Shown: piece after piece, positions 51,360-58,911 of the stretch
Numbering within the stretch: the first letter of the stretch is position 1
How the letters are laid out: the number at the start of each line of letters is the position of its first letter
Origin: Frankiaceae bacterium
Lineage (GTDB): Bacteria; Actinomycetota; Actinomycetes; BP-191
NCBI GenBank assembly: GCA_035536815.1
Contig: DATLNJ010000055.1
Coordinates: forward strand, 923-64,922
Direction of reading: 5' to 3'
DNA: 64,000 nt
The notes under the pieces: generated by a model
Databases searched by the model: none
Seen by the model: the letters and a program-made list of their open reading frames with translations, nothing else
Told to the model about the DNA's origin: nothing
Position numbers and translations under genes: made by a program

Positions 51360-51989
51360 CTAGATGTCCGTCCGGGCGCTCAGCGCGTCCGGCAGCTCGG
51401 CCAGCGAGTCGATCCGCACGTCGGCCGACGCCGCCTCCGGCCAGGCCGCGTGCACGTACCCCCACGGCCCGCGGCGCAGGAACACCGCCGTCATCCCCGC
51501 CGCCTTCGCGGGCAGCACGTCGTTGTCCACGCGGTCGCCGACGTACGCGATTTCCGACACCGGCAGCCCGGCGGCCGCCGCCACCCGCGCGAAGAACGCC
51601 GGGTCCGGCTTCTCCACGCCCCACGCCGCCGACGACGCCACGACGTCGAGGTCGAGCCCCAACGACGCCATCAGCCGTTCCGACACGTCCGGCGGCTGGT
51701 TGCCGGAGACGCCGACGAGGTAGCCGGCCGCCTTCAGCGCGCGCAGGCACGGCACCGCGTCGGGGTAGAGGTCGGCAGGCCCGATGGCGTGCGGCGACTC
51801 GCCGATCGACTCCGGGTCCGAGCCGAAGTAGCGGAAGACGTCCTTGTGGTGCGCGCGGCGCTCGATCACCGCCCCTAAAGCCCCCATGAACGTCAGCGGC
51901 GGCACGCCGTATACCTCCGCCCACGCCCGCCACACCGCGTCCTCGCAGACGAGCGTCTCGCCGACGTCGAAGAACACCGCCCGGATCAC
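51360..51989 (-). CDS. HAD-superfamily hydrolase
   Basis: GTG at 51989 overlaps the upstream TGA (GTGA). FFDVGETLV ... VSGNQ ... KPDPAFF ... YVGDRVDNDV. Confidence 0.8.
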   Translation of the reverse strand: MIRAVFFDVGETLVCEDAVWRAWAEVYGVPPLTFMGALGAVIERRAHHKDVFRYFGSDPESIGESPHAIGPADLYPDAVPCLRALKAAGYLVGVSGNQPPDVSERLMASLGLDLDVVASSAAWGVEKPDPAFFARVAAAAGLPVSEIAYVGDRVDNDVLPAKAAGMTAVFLRRGPWGYVHAAWPEAASADVRIDSLAELPDALSARTDI

Positions 51990-52750
51990 GTCACCTCCAC
52001 GACGACCGCCCGGTGGTCGGACAGCGCCATCTCGCGGATCTCGTACGACGTCGAGGCGAACTCCAGCCCGGGCGACGCGAGCACGTGGTCGAGCTGCGCG
52101 TGCGGCGCGTGCGCGGGGAACGTCCCGCCGCGGGCCAGGCAGCGCCAGTGCGCGAACAGCCGCGGCAGCTGGCCGGGGATGTTGAGGTCGCCCATGAGGA
52201 CGTACGGGCCGGGGAGCCGGCGTAGCTGCGCGACGACCCGGCGCAGCTGCCAGGCGTTCCACGCCGGGACGAACGACAGGTGCGTGGCCGCGACCGTGAC
52301 TTCGCCGAACGGCGCCCGCACCCGCGCGCACACGGCGACCCGCGGCTCGTCGCCGATCCACCGCCAGCGCCGGCTGCCGGGCACCGGCATCGGCAGTCCC
52401 ACCTTCGGCGCCTGCGGCAGCCGCAGCACCCGCCACGACGTCACCGGCAGCCGCGAGAACAACGCGATGCCGTACGCCGGCCCGCCCGGGTCCGCCTCCG
52501 ACGCCGGCCGCCACGTCTCGCCCGGCGTGCCGTACAGCGCGGGCACGAACCGGTAGTCCACGGCGCCGATCGCGTCGGCCACCGCCGCCGCCTGGTCCAC
52601 GGACTCGGACCGGGTCAGGCAGCGGTCCACCTCCTGCAGCCCGAGCACGTCGGCGTCGAGCGACTTGCAGCACTGCGCCAGCCGCGCGACGTCGGCCTCT
52701 CCGTCGGAGGGCGCGCGGCCGGACAGAACGTTCCAGGTGACGATCCTCAT
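51986..52750 (-). CDS. endonuclease/exonuclease/phosphatase (EEP) family protein
   Basis: ATG at 52750 overlaps the upstream TGA. WNVL...LGLQEV...GDLN...SDHRAV. Confidence 0.85.
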   Translation of the reverse strand: MRIVTWNVLSGRAPSDGEADVARLAQCCKSLDADVLGLQEVDRCLTRSESVDQAAAVADAIGAVDYRFVPALYGTPGETWRPASEADPGGPAYGIALFSRLPVTSWRVLRLPQAPKVGLPMPVPGSRRWRWIGDEPRVAVCARVRAPFGEVTVAATHLSFVPAWNAWQLRRVVAQLRRLPGPYVLMGDLNIPGQLPRLFAHWRCLARGGTFPAHAPHAQLDHVLASPGLEFASTSYEIREMALSDHRAVVVEVT

Positions 52751-53580
52751 CGCACCGGCACCAGGCGGGCGAGCTGGCGGCGGACGTAGGACCCGAGGTC
52801 GTTGTCCATCCCGTAGAGAACGGCGTGCACGGGTTGCACGGTGGCATGCGCGACCGCGCGCCGCCACAACGACTCGACGTCCACGCCGGCCGGTGACCGG
52901 TACTCCGCGAACGCCTCCCGCGCCGCCGCGGGCCCCAGGCACTGCACCCACCAGGTCAGGTCCATCGCCGGGTCGCCGACGTGCGCGTCGGTCCAGTCCA
53001 GGACGCCGGTCAGCCGGCCGCCGTCGACGAGCAGGTTCGACTCGCCGAGGTCGCCGTGGATGACGCACTCCATGGGCACCGGCTCGCGCAGCGTGGCGAA
53101 CGCCTCCCGCAACGCCTCCACCGCCTCCCACGGCAGCAGCGGCACCACCTCCGCCGTCGCCCGCCGGACCAGCAGGTCGAGGTCCAGCTTGCCCGGCGCG
53201 GCCAGCCCCACGGCCACCGCGTCGGTGGCGTCCACCCGGTGCAGCGCGTGCAGGAACGGCACGACGTCCGGCGCCAGCGCCGCCGGGTCGTCGCAGGTAG
53301 CCGGCCGGCCGGGCAGCCGCGGGTAGGCGCCGTAGACGGTGCCGTCCGCCAGCCTGTGCAGCTCCAGCGCCGGCACCGCCACCGGCAGCCGCGGCGCGAG
53401 CAGCGCGAGCAGCCGGCGTTCGACCTTGAGCACCTCGGCGACGGCCGGCCGCCGCGGCACCCGGAACACCACCGCGCCGGTGTCCACGACGACGTAGTCC
53501 CAGCCGGTGTCGACGACGGCGGCCCGGGCGAAGTCCATGCCCGGGTGCGCCGCCGCCAGGTCGGCCAGGTCCACGGTCAT
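52747..53580 (-). CDS. APH/ChoK-family phosphotransferase (kinase-like)
   Basis: ATG at 53580 overlaps the upstream TGA. Catalytic loop IHGDLGESNLL and DWTDAHVGDPAMD. Confidence 0.85.
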   Translation of the reverse strand: MTVDLADLAAAHPGMDFARAAVVDTGWDYVVVDTGAVVFRVPRRPAVAEVLKVERRLLALLAPRLPVAVPALELHRLADGTVYGAYPRLPGRPATCDDPAALAPDVVPFLHALHRVDATDAVAVGLAAPGKLDLDLLVRRATAEVVPLLPWEAVEALREAFATLREPVPMECVIHGDLGESNLLVDGGRLTGVLDWTDAHVGDPAMDLTWWVQCLGPAAAREAFAEYRSPAGVDVESLWRRAVAHATVQPVHAVLYGMDNDLGSYVRRQLARLVPVR

Positions 53581-54965
53581 GCCGCGAGCGACCCCGCGAC
53601 GTCGAGCAGCTCGGCACGCGACAGGTCGCCGGACACCGTCACGACCAGGGTGCCGGTCAGCGCCCAGACGTGCGGCGCGGTGCCCTGCGCGTTGACGACC
53701 AGCTCGGCCCGCTCGGCGCCCGCCAGCGCGCCGCCGAGCGTCACGCGCTCGGGCCGGTCCACGATGCCCTCGCCGGAGCCCATCGGGTCGTACCACTCGC
53801 CGGGGAGTTGCCGCCGGGTCGTGACGAGCACCGTCGCGAACCCGCGCCGGTACGCCAGCGACACGACGTCCCGCGAGTCGGGGTTCAGCCCCTCGGGGCC
53901 GGTGTGGCCGCCCCGCTTCGCCACCGCGACCTCGGCCAGCTCGAAGCCCTCGGGGAGGGTGCGCGGGACCAGCGGGGCGTACCCGGCCCGCGCCTCGACC
54001 TCAGTCAGCGGCACCCGCCGGAAGCCCTCGTCGGTGCGGCTCACGGTGACGCCGGCCGGCAGGTCGAGGTCGAACGCCGCGCGGTCGGCCTCGCCACCGG
54101 TGGTCAGCCCCTCGATGGTGATCTCGCGGATCGTGCGGCCGTTCCGCGACTCGACGACGCGCACCGGCAACGCGGTCTCCCGGTCGATCGTGGCGGCGAT
54201 GTGGTCGATCGCCTGGTCGCCGGCGGAGTCCTGCGGCTGCGCGTCGGCTTCCAGCAGCCAGGCCGGGCGGCCCTCGTAGGTGACCTCCGGAGCCGGCCCG
54301 GTGGACCCGGCGCGCAACGTCGCCGCCAGGCTGGTGCGCAGGACCCACGCCATCGGGCCCTGGTCCGGCGTCTGCACCGGCGCCAGCCCGGTCCGCACGC
54401 CGGCCGACGGCGGGGAGGCGGCGGCCGGGCCGGGGAGCCAGTAGCCCTCCTCGACACCGCGGGTGGCGTCGTACGCGATCACGTTCACCTCTCCGCGCGC
54501 CGTGGTGGTCTCCAGGCGTAGGTCCCCCGAGGCGGTCGCGATGAACGTCGTCCGGTCACCGGGTCCCGCCGCGTCGCGGAAGACGAGCGTGCCGCGCAGG
54601 GTGCGGGCCTCGGCGAACGCGGCGTTCACCCGGCTCGCCACCTCGGCGGCGGTCGCCGGGCGCGGTGCCAGCGGGCCGTTCTCGGTGCCGAGCCCGCCGC
54701 CGAGCGCGACGGCCAGCACCGCCACGGCCGCGGCGACCGTGGTGAGCCGCAGCGCGTGGCGGCGAAAGGCGCTGCGGCGCGACGCCAGCGGCACGACGAC
54801 GCCGTCGCCGCGCTCGGCCGGTGCCTCCGGCGCCTCGGCCGGCGCGGCCGCCTCCTCCGCGTGCAGCCGCGCCGTGAGGTCGGTCCAGAAGTCCGGCGCG
54901 TGGTCGGGGACGTCCAGCCCCTCCAGTGCCGCGGCGACCTGCGGGTCGCGGACGGTGTCGTTCAT
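53577..54965 (-). CDS. anti-sigma-factor candidate: single-pass membrane protein with ~350-aa extracytoplasmic domain
   Basis: ATG at 54965 overlaps the sigma gene TGA. TM segment LTTVAAAVAVLAVALGGGLG. I cannot name the extracytoplasmic domain. Confidence 0.65.
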   Translation of the reverse strand: MNDTVRDPQVAAALEGLDVPDHAPDFWTDLTARLHAEEAAAPAEAPEAPAERGDGVVVPLASRRSAFRRHALRLTTVAAAVAVLAVALGGGLGTENGPLAPRPATAAEVASRVNAAFAEARTLRGTLVFRDAAGPGDRTTFIATASGDLRLETTTARGEVNVIAYDATRGVEEGYWLPGPAAASPPSAGVRTGLAPVQTPDQGPMAWVLRTSLAATLRAGSTGPAPEVTYEGRPAWLLEADAQPQDSAGDQAIDHIAATIDRETALPVRVVESRNGRTIREITIEGLTTGGEADRAAFDLDLPAGVTVSRTDEGFRRVPLTEVEARAGYAPLVPRTLPEGFELAEVAVAKRGGHTGPEGLNPDSRDVVSLAYRRGFATVLVTTRRQLPGEWYDPMGSGEGIVDRPERVTLGGALAGAERAELVVNAQGTAPHVWALTGTLVVTVSGDLSRAELLDVAGSLAA

Positions 54966-55537
54966 CGGGCGTTCCCTTCACTGAGGATGCGGCGCAGCGC
55001 GGCGCGGCCGCGGCTGACGCGCGAGCCGACCGTGCCGGCGCCGGCGCCGAGCACCGCGCCGGCGGCGGCGTAGTCCATGCCGTGCAGGTCGACGAGCAGG
55101 ATCGCGGCGCGCTGCTCGACCGGTAACGCGTCGAGAGCGGCGGCGATGTCGCCGCGCAGCGCGACCTGCTCGCCGGGCTCCGGCGCCGGGTCGGGCATCG
55201 CCTCGTCCAGCTCGGCCGGCTGCCAGCGGCCGTTCTTGCGCAGCTCGTCCAGGCAGGCGTTGTACGCGATCCGGTACAGCCAGGTCGCGGGGCTCGACTC
55301 GCCCCGGAACGACGCCCGCGCCCGGAACGCCTTGAGGTAGACCTCCTGCAGGACGTCGTCCATCAGGTCGCGGTTGCCGACCATCCGGTAGACGAGCGAC
55401 CGGAGCAGCCGGTCGTGCTCCTTGAGCATGGCCACGAACGCGTCCGCGTCCATGGCGTCGGGTGGTGGCGCCGCGCGCTCCAGCGTGGGTGTCATGTCCG
55501 GTTGGACGGACGGCTCGGGCGGATCCTTGCGTGCCAC
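54962..55537 (-). CDS. ECF (sigma-70 family) RNA polymerase sigma factor
   Basis: Region 2 DDVLQEVYLKAF...PATWLYRIAYNACLD. Region 4 LPVEQRAAILLVDLHGMDYAAAGAVLGAGAGTVGSRVSRGR. Confidence 0.9.
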   Translation of the reverse strand: MARKDPPEPSVQPDMTPTLERAAPPPDAMDADAFVAMLKEHDRLLRSLVYRMVGNRDLMDDVLQEVYLKAFRARASFRGESSPATWLYRIAYNACLDELRKNGRWQPAELDEAMPDPAPEPGEQVALRGDIAAALDALPVEQRAAILLVDLHGMDYAAAGAVLGAGAGTVGSRVSRGRAALRRILSEGNAR

Positions 55538-55561
55538 ATCGAGACCCTAGGCTCTGGGGCC

Positions 55562-56938
55562 ATGACCTCCGTGCGCGACTACGTCGCCGCCCACACCGAC
55601 CGCCTCTACGCCGACCTCGACGAGTGGTTGCGGATCCCCTCCATCTCCGCGGCGCCGGAGCATCGTGACGACGTACGCCGCTCCGCCGAGTGGGCCGCGC
55701 AGGCGCTGCGCCGGGTCGGGTTCACCACGGAGATCCTGGAGACCGACAACGGCGGCCACCCGGCCGTGTACGCCGAGCGGCTGGTGTCGCCGGACGCGCC
55801 CACCGTCGTGATCTACGGCCACCACGACGTGCAGCCGGTGGACCCGCTGGAGCTGTGGGAGACGCCGCCGTTCGAGCCGACCGTGCGCGGCGACGACCTC
55901 TACGCGCGCGGCGCCGTGGACGACAAGGGGCAGGTGCTGTTCCACCTGCTCGGGCTCGAGGCCGCGCTGGCGGCGTACGGCGAGCTCGGCGTCAACCTCA
56001 AGGTGCTGGTCGAGGGCGAGGAGGAGATCGGCTCGCCGAACTTCCCCGCGCTGCTGCGGCGCGAGCGCGAGCGGCTGCGCTGCGACGTCGTGGTCGTCAG
56101 CGACACCGGCATGTTCGACAAGGACACGCCGTCCATGTGCATCGGCATGCGCGGACTCGTCTACTGCCAGGTCGACCTGTACGGACCCCGCGTCGACTTG
56201 CACTCGGGGTCGTTCGGCGGCGGCGTGCCCAACCCCGCGACCGAGATCGCCCGGCTCTGCGCGGCGCTGCACGACGCGGATCGGCACGTCACGATCCCCG
56301 GCTTCTACGACCGCGTCGTCCCGCTGTCGGACCGCGAACGGGAGCTGATGGCGGCGCTGCCGTTCGACGAGGAGGCGTGGCTGCGCGACGCGACCTCGAC
56401 GGCGACCCTCGGCGAGGCCGGCTACTCGACCCTCGAACGCGTCGGCGCGCGTCCCACCGCCGAGGTCAACGGCATCTGGGGCGGCTATACCGGCGCCGGC
56501 CAGAAGACGATCATCCCCGCCGAGGCGCACGCGAAGATCTCGTTCCGGCTGGTCGCCGACCAGGAGCCTGCGGAGGTCGAGGCGGCGCTCCGGGCGTGGG
56601 TCGCGGACCGGCTGCCCGCGGGGCTGCGGCACGACATCACGTTCTACGGCGGCGGCGTGCGCCCGTGCCTCACGCCGCTCGACCACCCTGCCGTGCAGGC
56701 CGCGACGACGGCGATGGAGGAGGCGTTCGGGACCCGGGTGCTCTACACGCGCGAGGGCGGCTCCGGTCCGGAGGCGGACCTGGCCGAGATACTCGAAGCG
56801 CCCGTGGTGTTCCTCGGCGTCGGGCTGCCGGACGACCGCATCCACTCGCCGAACGAGAAGGTGCACCTGCCGTACCTCGTGAAGGGCGCGGAGGCCGCGG
56901 CGTACCTCTGGCGCGAGCTGGCGAACCTGCGCCGCTAG
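55562..56938 (+). CDS. M20-family dipeptidase
   Basis: IPSISA...VVIYGHHDVQPV...RGAVDDKGQ...EGEEEIGS...HSPNE. Confidence 0.9.
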   Translation: MTSVRDYVAAHTDRLYADLDEWLRIPSISAAPEHRDDVRRSAEWAAQALRRVGFTTEILETDNGGHPAVYAERLVSPDAPTVVIYGHHDVQPVDPLELWETPPFEPTVRGDDLYARGAVDDKGQVLFHLLGLEAALAAYGELGVNLKVLVEGEEEIGSPNFPALLRRERERLRCDVVVVSDTGMFDKDTPSMCIGMRGLVYCQVDLYGPRVDLHSGSFGGGVPNPATEIARLCAALHDADRHVTIPGFYDRVVPLSDRERELMAALPFDEEAWLRDATSTATLGEAGYSTLERVGARPTAEVNGIWGGYTGAGQKTIIPAEAHAKISFRLVADQEPAEVEAALRAWVADRLPAGLRHDITFYGGGVRPCLTPLDHPAVQAATTAMEEAFGTRVLYTREGGSGPEADLAEILEAPVVFLGVGLPDDRIHSPNEKVHLPYLVKGAEAAAYLWRELANLRR

Positions 56939-57243
56939 TTGACCTGCGTGATGGCGTAGCCGACCGCGGCCACGCCGACCAGCGAGGCGGCAGCGACGAC
57001 GGCGGCCTTCGGCTTCACCGCCGCTCCCAGCGCGGCGGTGCCGATGCCCGCGGCGATCAGCGCGACGGCATACGCGATCTCGCGTTGGCGCTCGGCCGTG
57101 TCCGGGTCGCACCCGACTCCGGCGTCCGGCTCGCACGCCATGCCGATGATGAACCCGAAGAACGCCCCGACCGCGCACACCAGCGCGACCAGGATCAGGA
57201 CGACGATCCCAGCGGCGGACCGCCGCTGCACCCCCGGTTCCAT
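56935..57243 (-). CDS. small Cys-containing membrane protein
   Basis: ATG at 57243. Three hydrophobic segments. Loop CEPDAGVGCDPD. Confidence 0.5.
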   Translation of the reverse strand: MEPGVQRRSAAGIVVLILVALVCAVGAFFGFIIGMACEPDAGVGCDPDTAERQREIAYAVALIAAGIGTAALGAAVKPKAAVVAAASLVGVAAVGYAITQVN

Positions 57244-57275
57244 GCGCGGCACGCTACGCGCGCGGCGGCCCGGTG

Positions 57276-57602
57276 TCAGCCCTCGATGGACGACACGCCG
57301 AGCAGCGCGACGGCGGCGCCGATCGCCGCGACAAGCAGCACGAAGTTGCGGCGCGGCAGCACCGCGCCGCCGAGCGCGGCGCCGGAGCACCCAGCCGCGA
57401 CCACGCTGGCGGCATAGGCGGCGACGTTCTCGCCGGAGAAGCCGTCCGTGCAGAACCCGCCCGTGTCGTGGCAGGCGCCGAGCATCGCGAGCACCAGCGA
57501 CGCCCCTCCGCAGACCGCCGCGAGCACCAGGAGGGCGAGCACCTCGACGACGGTCCGCTGCGGTCGTTCGGGGGGCGGCCAATGCCCGTACGGAGCGGTC
57601 AC
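57276..57602 (-). CDS. small Cys-containing membrane protein (similar topology to the 56935 gene)
   Basis: GTG at 57602. Three hydrophobic segments. Loop CHDTGGFCTDG. Confidence 0.5.
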   Translation of the reverse strand: MTAPYGHWPPPERPQRTVVEVLALLVLAAVCGGASLVLAMLGACHDTGGFCTDGFSGENVAAYAASVVAAGCSGAALGGAVLPRRNFVLLVAAIGAAVALLGVSSIEG

Positions 57603-57648
57603 CCAGCGGCCCCGCAGGTCAGCAGCAGCCCCGGCCCGACACGCGCCA

Positions 57649-58479
57649 CTACGGCGCGCGCAGCTCGTCGGGCAGGTCCACCGGCTGCGTCGCCGAGCGG
57701 ACCACGTCGCGGGACAGGTCGTGCACCCGCCGCCCGCCGCGCCTGGCGACTTTGCGCAGCCGTTCGAACGCGTCGCGCGGCGGGACCCGGAGCCGTTCGG
57801 AGAGCACGCCGATCGCCTGCTCGACCGTCACCCGCGCCGCCAGGGCGTGCTCGAGCTGCGTCACGGCCGTCCGCAGCTTCGCCAGCTCGTCGGCCGGCGG
57901 GTCGCCGCGGTCCGGGCGGGTACCGGGGTCCAGGTCGGCCTGCAGCAGGTCGGCCAGCACCATGGCGGTCGTCAGGTCGTCGCCGGGGTCGCCGGTCTCG
58001 CCGACGTGCCAGCCGTCCGGCGTCCGGCGGATGACGACGCCCGTCGCGTCGTCGCCCGGCAGGTGCGCGGCGATGATGCCGGCCAGCTCGCGCAGGACGC
58101 CCACGGTGGCGGCGTCGACGCTGACGTTGCGCCGGTCGATGCCGCAAAGCGTGCCGAAGACCGCGCCGTCCGCACGGCGGATCGGGACGCCGACGTACGA
58201 CGCGATGCCGAGCTGTTCCCTGACCGGCGCGTCGATGTAGTGGTCGTCGCGCGCGGCGTCCGCGGTCGTGCACGGCGCGCCGCCGAGCATCCGGTGGCAG
58301 AACGAGTCCGTGCGCTCGCTCTCCATGCCCTCGTCCAGCCCGGGCATCGAGCCGTGCACCCGGTCGAACCGGAACGTGTCGTCGTCCAGGCCGCCGATGA
58401 AGACGACCTCCATCCCGAGCAACGTCGCGGCCGTCGACAGCGCGGCGTCGACCGCTGGGTGCCGCAACGAGCCCGTCAT
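57649..58479 (-). CDS. GAF + ANTAR domain RNA-binding regulator
   Basis: N-terminal GAF-like domain (SYVGVPI...GTLCGID). C-terminal ANTAR LEHALAARVTVEQAIGVLSERLRVPPRDAFERLRKVARRGGRRVHDL. Confidence 0.85.
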   Translation of the reverse strand: MTGSLRHPAVDAALSTAATLLGMEVVFIGGLDDDTFRFDRVHGSMPGLDEGMESERTDSFCHRMLGGAPCTTADAARDDHYIDAPVREQLGIASYVGVPIRRADGAVFGTLCGIDRRNVSVDAATVGVLRELAGIIAAHLPGDDATGVVIRRTPDGWHVGETGDPGDDLTTAMVLADLLQADLDPGTRPDRGDPPADELAKLRTAVTQLEHALAARVTVEQAIGVLSERLRVPPRDAFERLRKVARRGGRRVHDLSRDVVRSATQPVDLPDELRAP

Positions 58480-58528
58480 GGGCCCATCGTCCCCTACGGG
58501 ACCGATCTACGACACCCGGGACGCGCCG

Positions 58529-58774
58529 TCAGGCCGACCGGCGCAGCTCGGCGACGATCTCCCCGGGGCTCGGGTTGGTCAGCGCGAGGCCGCTGGGGAA
58601 GCGCAGCGTGGGGACGGTGCGGTTGCCTCCGTTGACGGTCATGACGAACTCCGCCGCCTCCGGGTCGTCCTCGATGTTCACCTCGCGGTACGCGATGCCC
58701 TCGCGGTCCATGAACCGCTTCAGCCGCACGCAGTAGCCGCACCACGTGGTGGTGAACATCACCAGCTCGTCCAT
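58529..58774 (-). CDS. mycoredoxin / NrdH-like glutaredoxin
   Basis: 81 aa, active site WCGYC, with VPTL later in the sequence. Confidence 0.85.
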   Translation of the reverse strand: MDELVMFTTTWCGYCVRLKRFMDREGIAYREVNIEDDPEAAEFVMTVNGGNRTVPTLRFPSGLALTNPSPGEIVAELRRSA

Positions 58775-58881
58775 CCGCGCCTCCGTCCGGGCGCTCCAAC
58801 GCTACCGACGCGCAGGGCATTTCCGCGCCGCCCGCCGTTACACGTTGCCTCGCGGGAAGACTTCCGCGCCCTCCGGCGGTT

Positions 58882-58904
58882 TCGTCACAGCGGCCTGCGA
58901 GACT
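58882..58904 (+). promoter_or_regulatory. weak RecA-NDp-like element / promoter candidate for a leaderless uvrD2 transcript
   Basis: TCGTCAcag-N8-GAGACT has the same geometry as the adnA element. The -10-like hexamer ends 7 nt before the ATG at 58912. Confidence 0.2.
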
Positions 58905-58911
58905 CGTCCGC

